This document shows, one piece after another, positions 49,610 through 58,601 of a stretch of 64,000 nt of DNA. Each line of letters opens with the position of its first letter. Position 1 is the stretch's first letter. Source of the DNA: Hyphomicrobiales bacterium. Lineage in GTDB: Bacteria > Bacteroidota > Bacteroidia > Bacteroidales > JBGRPZ01. A program made the position numbers and the translations under genes. The stretch is taken from positions 8,593 to 72,592 of the forward strand of contig JBGRPZ010000002.1 in assembly GCA_041725915.1 (NCBI GenBank). The letters run 5' to 3'. The notes under the pieces were generated by a model. That model had not been told where the DNA came from. It was given only the letters and a program-made list of their open reading frames with translations, and made no database searches.

Positions 49610-49777
49610 CTTAGCTTCTTTTTTGTTCTTAAATAAACTTATCCATATGACATACTTTTATAGTGATATCAAGCGTTACATAAACAACTAACGCTAAATG
49701 GATAAACCAAAGATATTTGATATTTTGCCTTTGGGGATAGCTCTTATTTTTTTTAAATAGTCTAAATTTTTACAGCT

Positions 49778-50611
49778 ATGCTTAGGACATTTAACAGGGC
49801 ACTTGAAGTGGCAGATGGACTGCAATCAGACTTTGTAAGACTTTTATATTATGAATTTAATGATAAATTTCAGGATAATTATAAAAGCTATGAAAGCGTG
49901 CGTCTATGCACCATACTTGATGGAGTAAAACACGTCTCTATCAATGACGGCGAACAATTCTCTTACGATAAAAATCAGCTACTATTACTTCCTCCGCACT
50001 CTACTGTATATATGGATATTGAACGCCATACTAAAGCATTGGTGCTAGAGCTTAACGATAAGCTTATTACAGAAATTAAACATAAAACCTTTGTGGATGA
50101 GGCTTCTGAAATTGATGAGAATAAATTCTTTGTAGGGGCTAATAGTGCCGAAATCAATAATTGTCTTACAAGGATCAATACTACTGCTATTTCTCCTAAT
50201 AGAGATAAACAGTATCTTCTTGATACTCTAGCACGGGAACTTACTATATATATAACAAGGAGTTCTGGTGCAAGACAAATCCTGAACAATGAAGCTAATA
50301 CTATCTCTGCTAAGGCTATTGCCATGATGAGAGAGCATTTGACTCCTCCTGTTTCAATTCAATATATTGCTTTTACATTAAATATATCTGTTGCCTTCTT
50401 ATCTAATAAATTTAAGAAGGAAATTGGTATTACTCCCAGTACTTTTTATAATAATCTGAAATTACAGAAGGCCAAAAACCTGCTTTTAAACAAAAATGTG
50501 AATGAAACTTCATGGGAATTAGGCTTTGAAAATGTGAGTCACTTTATCCGACTTTTCACAAAAGTTTATGGCATTACTCCTCTTCAATGGAAAGTACAAA
50601 AACAACAATAA
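49778..50611 (+). CDS. AraC-family transcriptional regulator (divergent from adh)
   Basis: 277 aa with a C-terminal double HTH (...GFENVSHFIRLFTKVYGITPLQW). Confidence 0.85.
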   Translation: MLRTFNRALEVADGLQSDFVRLLYYEFNDKFQDNYKSYESVRLCTILDGVKHVSINDGEQFSYDKNQLLLLPPHSTVYMDIERHTKALVLELNDKLITEIKHKTFVDEASEIDENKFFVGANSAEINNCLTRINTTAISPNRDKQYLLDTLARELTIYITRSSGARQILNNEANTISAKAIAMMREHLTPPVSIQYIAFTLNISVAFLSNKFKKEIGITPSTFYNNLKLQKAKNLLLNKNVNETSWELGFENVSHFIRLFTKVYGITPLQWKVQKQQ

Positions 50612-50875
50612 AATGGAGATATAAAATACGCTTTCAATCTATTTCGCCTTATCAATGTATTAGCACAAATATTCTGATACAGAAATATTGACTTTGTCAT
50701 GCTTTTTGACCTCTTTTAATCTTCTACAGAATATGTTTATATACAGCGTTTTATAGATTAGCATCCCATTTTAATGGCATTCCAAATCAATAAAAAAGCT
50801 GTATCGAAACAAATATTAAGCATATATTACTGATAATAAGCTTAATAACACTAATTCTCAAACCGTGTAAATAAA

Positions 50876-50955
50876 AAAGCTCAGGCTTAAAATGAAAAAG
50901 CACGGGCTTAAAACTAATTTCAAGCCCGACAAACTTAATTTCAAGCTCTTCAGTA
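50876..50955 (+). repeat. Copy C of the AAGCnCGA-type short-repeat array
   Basis: AAGC units start at about 50877, 50898, 50922 and 50943 (periods 21/24/21). Includes hairpin CGGGCTT-N12-AAGCCCG. Confidence 0.6.
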
Positions 50956-51345
50956 TCTATTTTGCATACTTCACAACAAACTACCAGCCTTTCACTTGAC
51001 TATCAGATAGTTTATACACAAAATAACTATAAATCAAACTTTGCTTTCAAAAGCTACTATTAAATTCAAAAGTCATATTATCGAAGTATACAGCCCATAA
51101 ATATCACCTAAATGACTTATAATATGGTTTTTCATTTAGGCTAAGTCAAAATGCTCTTCTTCCATATTTGGATAAATCACTTCGAATATAAAAATATAAT
51201 TAACCTTAATAGTGAATAACTATAATCATCCTGTTTTAGCCTCTATCAAAATATTTTTGTTTCTCTTCCTCTTTAATTTCAACAAAAAGAACACATTGTT
51301 AATAAGCTGTTCATAAGTTTTATAATTGGTATAAAAATAAAAAAG

Positions 51346-51353
51346 TATCTTTG
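51346..51353 (+). promoter_or_regulatory. candidate -7 box (TATCTTTG) driving the riboswitch transcript
   Basis: Ends 8 nt before the P1 stem of the riboswitch. Confidence 0.5.
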
Positions 51354-51361
51354 CCATGATT

Positions 51362-51517
51362 CAATGGTTGATAAATCATTTATCAATAATAAGGGAATCC
51401 TGTGAGAATCAGGAGCTGTCCCCGCAGCTGTAAACCTTTATATCAATTTCAAAAAGCCACTGTTACAAAATGGGAAGGCGAAATTGACAACAAGGCGAGC
51501 CAGAAGACCTACCATTG
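51362..51517 (+). promoter_or_regulatory. Cobalamin (B12) riboswitch aptamer
   Basis: P1 is CAATGGT/ACCATTG. The core AAUAAGGGAAUCCUGUGAGAAUCAGGAGCUGUCCCCGCAGCUGUAA, then GCCACUG...UGGGAAGGC and the B12 box GCCAGAAGACCUACC align closely with the remembered E. coli btuB leader. Confidence 0.9.
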
Positions 51518-51756
51518 AGCATTAATGTCATCGCTTCGGGTGAAAGTGAACTGTAAAGAATCCTATATATATGGATTTTGCGACGGTGATTCACATCATT
51601 TCTTGTGGCTTTTTCCTTTCAACCACAATTAATACCAAGCGTTGATATATTGTTTCAACAACACGAATTATTACTAAACAATTTCTCTTTTAGGAGAGAT
51701 ACTGTTTTTGGATTTTATTTATTAAAATAACTCTGGACTTGTTATTTAATGATGTG

Positions 51757-51787
51757 AGCCGTTTCAGACCGAAACGGCTTTTTTTAT
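51757..51787 (+). terminator. strong rho-independent terminator downstream of the riboswitch
   Basis: AGCCGTTTC-agacc-GAAACGGCT followed by T8. Confidence 0.8.
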
Positions 51788-51885
51788 TTTCAGGGCATCC
51801 CTTTTCTATCCTTTAACGACATTTAGGAAAAATGTCTTTTTCATTGTACTTTCGTCATTCATTCGATAACAAAAAACAGATTACA

Positions 51886-53553
51886 ATGCGTAAAATTATT
51901 CTTACTCCTGTTGTCGCTCTAGGTCTGATGGTTGGGGCTACAAGCTGTCAGCCAAAACCAGAGGCGCAAAAAGACGAAAATAAAGTTGTCACAGTTAAAG
52001 ATCCTGTTTTGGAGAAAAAAGTTCAAAACTTTGCAAAGGTCAAATTAACTACAGATATTTCTCATTTAAGTCAGAGTGAAAAGGAAGTTCTAAAGCTTCT
52101 TTTCAAAGCTGCTGACCTAATGAATACTGTTTATTGGAAGCAGACATTATGCGGCGAAGAGCCTTTCTTGAATTCTTTGAGCTACAATCCAGATGCACAA
52201 GCATATGCAAAGATCAATTATGGTCCATGGGATAGATTAGATAACAATCTACCATTTATTTGCTATTGTGGTACAAAACCTTTAGGAGCAAACTTCTACC
52301 CAAAGAACATGACAAAAGCAGAGTTCGAGAAGTGGGAAGATCCTAACAAAACCAGCCTTTATACTCTAATCCGTAGAGATGATAAAGGAAACTTAAAATC
52401 TGTATGGTATAGCGAAGCTTATAAAGAAGAGTTTTCAAAGGCTGCTGAGCTATTGAAAAAGGCTGCTACTCTTGCTGAAGACCAAGGTTTGAAGAACTAT
52501 CTAAATAAAAGAGCTGAAGCACTTATCTCTAACGACTATTTCGAATCTGATCTAGCTTGGTTAGATATGAAAAGTAGTAATATTGACTTTGTAGTAGGGC
52601 CAATAGAAAACTATGAAGATCAGTTATTCGGTTATAAAGCTGCTGCTGAGGCATTCATTTTAATTAAAGATGTTGAGTGGAGTAATAAACTTCAGCATTT
52701 TGCACAATTCCTTCCTCAACTACAGGCAGATCTTCCTGTTGCAGCAAAATATAAGCAAGACAAAATCGGTAGTAAAACAGATTTAAATGCTTATGATGCT
52801 GTTTATTATGCAGGTGATTGTAATGCAGGCAGTAAAACTATTGCTATCAACCTTCCTAATGATGAGCGTGTTCATGTTGAAAAAGGAACTCGTCGTCTTC
52901 AGCTAAAGAATTCAATGAAAGCTAAGTTTGACAAGATTCTTATTCCTATATCAAATGTTCTGATTGCTCCTGAGCAAAGAAAGAACATCACTTTTAATGC
53001 ATTTTTTGCAAATACAATGTTCCATGAAATTGCTCACGGATTGGGAATCAAAAATACTATCACAGGTAAAGGAACAGTTCGTAAAGCTCTAAAAGAGCAG
53101 TATTCAGCTATTGAAGAAGGTAAAGCAGATATCTTAGGACTATACTTAGTAACAAAACTTCATGAAATGGGAGAAACTCCAGACGCTGATCTAATGGACA
53201 ATTATGTTACATTTATGGCTGGTATCTTCCGTTCAGTACGTTTTGGTGCTGCTAGTGCTCATGGTAAAGCAAATATGATTCGCTTTAACTATTTCCTTGA
53301 AAAAGGAGCTTTTGTAAGAAGTGAAGATGGTACATATGCTATAGATTTTGAAAAGATGAAAGCTGCTTCAAAATCTCTTACTCAAGAGATATTAAAGATT
53401 CAAGGTGATGGAAATTATGATGCTGCAAAGAATTGGGTTGCTACTCAAGGTATTATCACTCCAAAATTACAAAAGGATCTTGATCGCTTGACTAGTGCGG
53501 GTATTCCAAAGGATATTGTCTTTGAACAAGGGCCTGCTGAATTGGGTTTATAG
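51886..53553 (+). CDS. Lipoprotein zinc peptidase, M49 (DPP III)-like with an HExxH variant motif
   Basis: The start is moved to the internal ATG, which gives MRKIILTPVVALGLMVGATSC (lipobox). FHEIAHGLG plus EEGKADILG resemble the two M49 zinc motifs (HExxGH / EExxAE) in the pentapeptide variant. Confidence 0.6.
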   Translation: MRKIILTPVVALGLMVGATSCQPKPEAQKDENKVVTVKDPVLEKKVQNFAKVKLTTDISHLSQSEKEVLKLLFKAADLMNTVYWKQTLCGEEPFLNSLSYNPDAQAYAKINYGPWDRLDNNLPFICYCGTKPLGANFYPKNMTKAEFEKWEDPNKTSLYTLIRRDDKGNLKSVWYSEAYKEEFSKAAELLKKAATLAEDQGLKNYLNKRAEALISNDYFESDLAWLDMKSSNIDFVVGPIENYEDQLFGYKAAAEAFILIKDVEWSNKLQHFAQFLPQLQADLPVAAKYKQDKIGSKTDLNAYDAVYYAGDCNAGSKTIAINLPNDERVHVEKGTRRLQLKNSMKAKFDKILIPISNVLIAPEQRKNITFNAFFANTMFHEIAHGLGIKNTITGKGTVRKALKEQYSAIEEGKADILGLYLVTKLHEMGETPDADLMDNYVTFMAGIFRSVRFGAASAHGKANMIRFNYFLEKGAFVRSEDGTYAIDFEKMKAASKSLTQEILKIQGDGNYDAAKNWVATQGIITPKLQKDLDRLTSAGIPKDIVFEQGPAELGL

Positions 53554-53944
53554 TATTTAATCAATTGTTAAGATTCTGATTTTCCTTTTATGATGAAGAA
53601 TTTATAATAAATTTGCACTTCACCACTTATCTGAACAAGCAGATAAATATTAATCATGAAGTGTATTACAAAAGGAATATAGAAAAAAGATAAACGGCCT
53701 CTCGATAAAAATTGATGGTGTTGTTTATCTTTTTTCATAAAGTGATTTAAGGGCTGTAATCTTTATATTTTAAACATTTATGTTGCATTACGATACTTAG
53801 ATAAAGCTCCAAAAACACTATTTACGTTCTAATATCTCTACTTATCATCCTTTGACAAAGTAGTTTTTAGTTCAATAATGATTCGAATTATATTATTAAG
53901 AGACAAATTATAATTGTATCCTATTTTTAATTTTTTATTGAAAA

Positions 53945-56182
53945 ATGAAAAAATCGTTATTATCATTAGTACTATTTATAGCAGCCAGCTTTGGTGCTGT
54001 TAAAGCAAACCCACTACCTGATGAAGGAATGTGGCTTCCTATGTTTGTTGAAAGACTTAACTATGTTGACATGGAGAAAATGGGTCTTCAACTTACTGCT
54101 GAAGAGATCTATTCTATCAACAATAGCAGTCTAAAAGATGCTATCGTAGGTTTAAGTAATGGACCTAAGCCTAGAGGTTTCTTCTGTTCAGGAGAGATCG
54201 TTTCAGGTAAAGGTTTGATGTTTACAAACCACCACTGTGGATATAATGCAATCGCTAATCACAGTACTGTAGAACATGATTATCTTAAAGATGGATTCTG
54301 GGCTTATAATCTAAATGAAGAGCTTAAGAATGAGAACCTAAGTGCTTCATTCCTTCAGAGAGTAGAGAATGTTACTGACAGTATCGTTCCTTTTCTTACT
54401 CCTGAGATGACAGAAGCTGAGCGTGGTGATAAAGTAAGAGAAATTCGTAAGCGTATTGAGAAAAGAGTTTCTGAAGATGGAAAACTTAATCCTGTAATCA
54501 AATCTTTCTTTGGTGGGAACGAATATTATATGTTTGTATATAAAACATATACTGATGTTCGTCTTGTAGGAGCTCCTCCTTCTGCTGTTGGTAAATTTGG
54601 TGGCGACACTGATAACTGGATGTGGCCTCGTCATACTGGTGACTTCTCTATTTTCCGTGTTTATGCTAATGAAAATAATGAGCCTGCAGAATATTCAGAA
54701 GATAATAAACCTTATCAACCAAAATGGCATCTTCCTGTTTCTCTAAATGGAGTTAAAAAAGATGATTATTCTATGATTTGGGGATTCCCTGGAGGTACAG
54801 AAAGATTCTTAACTTCATATGGTGTTGAATCTAAACTTGACAGCGAGTTCCCTGGACTAATTGAAACTCTTGGTGCTAAACTAGCTGCATGGAAAAAAGG
54901 TATGGACGCTGATCCTGCTGTAAGAATTCAATATGCTTCAAAATATGCAAGCACTGCTAATGGTTGGAAAAACTTTATTGGTCAGACTAAAGGTCTAAAG
55001 AGATTAAAGATATATGATAAGAAAGTTGCTATTGAAGTAGCTTTTGAAAAGTGGGTGAATGCTGACGAAAAGAGAAAAGAAAAATATGGAGACGCTTTAA
55101 AGCTTATCAAAGAAGGTTATGACGAACAAAGTACAGTGTTGAAAGATCTTCTATATACAAGCTATTGCAGCTTAAATGGCTCTGAAATTATAGGGTATGC
55201 TCAACAGTTTTCTGGTCTACAAAGTCTTCTTAAGGACAAAAAGAAAAACAAAAAGAAAATTGAAAAGATCATAAATAGTCTTAAAGAATACAACAGTACA
55301 CATTTCAGCAATATGAATACTAATATTGATCGTGATGTTGTTGCTGCTCTATTCGAAGTTTATGCTAAAAACATAGATCCTGCAAAATATCCTGAAGCTT
55401 TCACTAAAATGCTTGAGAAGTTCGACAATGACTACAATGCCATTGCAGACTATTTATATACTAAGTCTTATTTCTCTTCTCAAGAAAAAGTAGAAGAGCT
55501 TTTAAATAAGCCTTCAGCAAAGAAGATTGCAAAAGATCCTGCTTTTATGCTAGCAGCTGGATTCTTGAATAATATTCAAGCTCTTGCTCCTGCTTATCGT
55601 AGCGCTTTCCCAAAGATTGCAAAAGGAGATCGTCTATTTATCGCTGGTCTAAGAGAAATGAATCCTGATACTAAGTACTATCCTGATGCTAACTCTACAA
55701 TGCGTTTTACTTTTGGTTCTGTTAAGGATTACTATCCTGCTGATGCTGTACATTATGACTTTATCACTACTGCTGAAGGTATTCTTGAAAAAGAAGATCC
55801 AACAAATGATGAGTTTGTTGTTCCTACAAAACTTAGTAAGTTGATAAAAGAAAAGAACTATGGCCAATATGCTGATGAGAATGGCGAACTAGTTACTTGT
55901 TTCCTTACAACTAATGATATCACTGGAGGTAACTCTGGTAGTGGTGTTATTAATGGTAGAGGTGAACTTATAGGTATCGCTTTTGATGGTAACTGGGAAG
56001 CTATGAGTGGTGATATCACTTTTGAACCAGAACTACAAAGAACAATATGTGTTGATTCAAGATATGTTCTTTTCATCATTGACAAATATGCTGGAGCTAA
56101 AAACCTAATCGAAGAGCTTACTATTGTAAAGGGTGAACCTACAGAGAAAGCTTTAGAATTAGAAGCTACAGAGATAAAATAA
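53945..56182 (+). CDS. S46-family dipeptidyl-peptidase (DPP7/DPP11-like)
   Basis: 745 aa with a signal peptide, the DEGMWLP N-terminus, catalytic His in TNHHCG and Ser in GGNSGSGV. Confidence 0.9.
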   Translation: MKKSLLSLVLFIAASFGAVKANPLPDEGMWLPMFVERLNYVDMEKMGLQLTAEEIYSINNSSLKDAIVGLSNGPKPRGFFCSGEIVSGKGLMFTNHHCGYNAIANHSTVEHDYLKDGFWAYNLNEELKNENLSASFLQRVENVTDSIVPFLTPEMTEAERGDKVREIRKRIEKRVSEDGKLNPVIKSFFGGNEYYMFVYKTYTDVRLVGAPPSAVGKFGGDTDNWMWPRHTGDFSIFRVYANENNEPAEYSEDNKPYQPKWHLPVSLNGVKKDDYSMIWGFPGGTERFLTSYGVESKLDSEFPGLIETLGAKLAAWKKGMDADPAVRIQYASKYASTANGWKNFIGQTKGLKRLKIYDKKVAIEVAFEKWVNADEKRKEKYGDALKLIKEGYDEQSTVLKDLLYTSYCSLNGSEIIGYAQQFSGLQSLLKDKKKNKKKIEKIINSLKEYNSTHFSNMNTNIDRDVVAALFEVYAKNIDPAKYPEAFTKMLEKFDNDYNAIADYLYTKSYFSSQEKVEELLNKPSAKKIAKDPAFMLAAGFLNNIQALAPAYRSAFPKIAKGDRLFIAGLREMNPDTKYYPDANSTMRFTFGSVKDYYPADAVHYDFITTAEGILEKEDPTNDEFVVPTKLSKLIKEKNYGQYADENGELVTCFLTTNDITGGNSGSGVINGRGELIGIAFDGNWEAMSGDITFEPELQRTICVDSRYVLFIIDKYAGAKNLIEELTIVKGEPTEKALELEATEIK

Positions 56183-56284
56183 TATGATTCTTGCTTCTAA
56201 ATAATTAGAAACAAATCATAAGATAGCAAAAGGGGGCTGAAATTTAATTTCAGCCCCCTTTTCATATAAGTTTATTCCTCTTCG

Positions 56285-58252
56285 CTATTTGACAATAATC
56301 TTTCTTACTGTTTCATAATCCTGAGATCCGACTTTTATCAGATATAAACCTTTATCTATTGTTGATAGATCTACGATTGAATTTCTACTTGTTAACTGTT
56401 TTTCAAGAATGATTTGACCATCTATAGTTACAAGTTGTAATTTAGCTTGATCACTGTTCTGAAGATTTATATTTACTATACCTTTTGTTGGATTAGGAGA
56501 AAACAAAAAGTATGAAGGCTTCTTCTGATCGATAATACCTGTAGTAATATTTGATATCTTACTCAATGATCTCCTATTTGGATCAAAGGATATTTTACTC
56601 ACCTTTTGATCTACTTCTACTTCAAACTGCTCTGAGTTCTTTGTCTGCTTCAATCTGAGTTCTTTCTCGCTTCCATCTTCAAATCTTAATTCAAGATAAA
56701 GTGTTGTCTTAAATAATGGTGTCTCTGATGACGAAGTAGTCTGTTCAGAATCAATGATAAGCTTATTATTATTCTGACTATACTTAATCCTATAGATAGG
56801 ATAACCATGACCAAAATACCATTGATTAAAGAAATCATCCCAATTCTCTCCTGTTATCTCTTCACATACTTCCTTAAAATCGACTCCAAGTGCAGTTTTG
56901 TTTGCATATCGCTTTTGGAAAGTCTTAAGTATATTGAAGAACTTATCATCATCATTAATCTCATTTCTTATCATGTGGACAAGCAATGCTCCTTTCTTAT
57001 ATGTCAAATGATAGCTAAATATTCTCGTATCATTTCCTTCATACACTTCCTCATCAGGAACATATGTTGATCCTGAATCATATCGGGTAGCTGCCTCTAT
57101 AGCTTCATTCATCCACCTTTGGGCAGGGCTTTTGTATCCAAGTTTCTCAAGAGCTAAATACTCAGAATAAGAAGCAAAACCTTCATTTACCCATATATCA
57201 TTCCATGTACCACAAGTTACATTATCACCAAACCATTGATGCCCTAATTCATGAGCACTTATGGTAAATTCAAGGCTTCCCATGGTACTCATTGTCTGAT
57301 GTTCCATAGCTCCTCCCAGATATGCCATTATGTGCCCATACTTTTCTTTATGGAAAGGATATAATGAATATAAGTCACTAAACAACTCTATCATGCCAGG
57401 AACTTTATCTAATTTCGGCTTATGGGTGGATAGTTGATTTTTATATACATAATTAACAATAGGTATAGAATCGCCATTCATTGCCTGTGGCTTGGCATAA
57501 TTAATATATTCTTCATATTCTGCTACAGCAAAAGAAATCAAATAATATGCAATAGGATAATGACTCTCCCATTCATATCTTTTCTTATCTCCATCTAGAT
57601 CAACAACTCTCTTCAGGATTCCTTGAGATCCTGCCATATATTTACTATCACAAGTAAGATAGACATAGCAAGAATCTGCTTTGTCTGTCAACTCTTGTTT
57701 TACAGGAAACCATTGCTTAGCCCTTGATGGCTCTGATAAAGTCCAAGTCACTCTAGCTCCTGACTGATTATATCTCTCAGAATTTATTCCTGAAAAGAAA
57801 CCTCCGAAGATAGGTTTTCCAGAATAGTTTATAGCTACTTCTATTAGATCTCCCTTTTTATAGTTCTCTAACTTTATAGAAACATTGTCTACTTCTCTAA
57901 TAAAATTCTTGCTTTCTCCATTAACTTTAATAGAATGAATATCTAATTCTGGAATTAATTCAAAAGAAAACTTAGGCAACTGATCAGCAACAACTTCAGC
58001 CTTAATAGTAGCTGTACCAGAAATTTCAGTTGATTCTGGAGTTACATTTAAATCTAAGAAATAAAACTTCACATCATAATCATGTATACTTTCATCTGGT
58101 AGTAATCTTTTTAAGATTTTGTTCTTATCTACTTCAGAATGACAATGCTGCTTACAAACCCCTACACAACCTTTACTTAAATCACTTTCTTGTCCAATCA
58201 CATATTGGCTAAAAAAGAAAAATAAACTAGTTAAATAGAAAAAATATCTCAT
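56285..58252 (-). CDS. M1-family aminopeptidase with a T9SS C-terminal sorting domain
   Basis: 655 aa. GAMEHQ, HELGHQWFG...WVNEGFASY (HExxH-18-E). The C-terminal roughly 75 aa (FSPNPTKGIVNINL...GLYLIKVGS...KIIVK) is Por-tail-like. Confidence 0.88.
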   Translation of the reverse strand: MRYFFYLTSLFFFFSQYVIGQESDLSKGCVGVCKQHCHSEVDKNKILKRLLPDESIHDYDVKFYFLDLNVTPESTEISGTATIKAEVVADQLPKFSFELIPELDIHSIKVNGESKNFIREVDNVSIKLENYKKGDLIEVAINYSGKPIFGGFFSGINSERYNQSGARVTWTLSEPSRAKQWFPVKQELTDKADSCYVYLTCDSKYMAGSQGILKRVVDLDGDKKRYEWESHYPIAYYLISFAVAEYEEYINYAKPQAMNGDSIPIVNYVYKNQLSTHKPKLDKVPGMIELFSDLYSLYPFHKEKYGHIMAYLGGAMEHQTMSTMGSLEFTISAHELGHQWFGDNVTCGTWNDIWVNEGFASYSEYLALEKLGYKSPAQRWMNEAIEAATRYDSGSTYVPDEEVYEGNDTRIFSYHLTYKKGALLVHMIRNEINDDDKFFNILKTFQKRYANKTALGVDFKEVCEEITGENWDDFFNQWYFGHGYPIYRIKYSQNNNKLIIDSEQTTSSSETPLFKTTLYLELRFEDGSEKELRLKQTKNSEQFEVEVDQKVSKISFDPNRRSLSKISNITTGIIDQKKPSYFLFSPNPTKGIVNINLQNSDQAKLQLVTIDGQIILEKQLTSRNSIVDLSTIDKGLYLIKVGSQDYETVRKIIVK

Positions 58253-58405
58253 TAATATAGTTTTAAAATTAATTGATACGCAATATTAACTCTAATAGGT
58301 TGCTAATTTATTAATATATAAAGTTTTTATTATAATTTAGTTAGCCTTATTTTATCTACTACTTAAAATATTTTATTTTTCTTTTGGTAATTCAAAAATC
58401 TTATA

Positions 58406-58413
58406 TATATTTG
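58406..58413 (+). promoter_or_regulatory. -7 box (TATATTTG) of the tRNA-Asn promoter
   Basis: Ends 22 nt upstream of the tRNA 5' end. Confidence 0.5.
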
Positions 58414-58435
58414 CGCTGGTTTTAACAATAGACCT

Positions 58436-58509
58436 GCCTCTTTAGCTCAGTTGGTTAGAGCATCTGACTGTTAATCAGAGGGTCCTTGGTTCGAGTCCAA
58501 GAAGAGGCG
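58436..58509 (+). tRNA. tRNA-Asn (anticodon GTT)
   Basis: 74-nt cloverleaf. Acceptor stem GCCTCTT/AAGAGGC, anticodon stem TCTGA/TCAGA, loop CTGTTAA, T-arm CTTGG-TTCGAGT-CCAAG. Confidence 0.95.
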
Positions 58510-58512
58510 CAA

Positions 58513-58545
58513 ACCGGAGTAACAATGTTACTTCGGTTTTTTTTA
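58513..58545 (+). terminator. terminator after tRNA-Asn
   Basis: ACCGGAGTAAC-aat-GTTACTTCGGT followed by T8. Confidence 0.8.
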
Positions 58546-58550
58546 TGCAT

Positions 58551-58582
58551 AAAAAAACAGGTGACATGTTAATATCACCTGT
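58551..58582 (-). terminator. terminator of the 58602-60632 gene
   Basis: CAGGTGA-N10-TCACCTG with a T-run on the minus strand. Confidence 0.65.
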
Positions 58583-58601
58583 TATCATGGGTTATATGAA
58601 T

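Noticed and set aside
51832-51885. Upstream start (MSFSLYFRHSFDNKKQIT) for the M49-like peptidase
   Set aside because: The internal Met gives a canonical lipoprotein signal peptide (MRKIILTPVVALGLMVGATSC). The extension has no signal-like character. The true start remains unverified.
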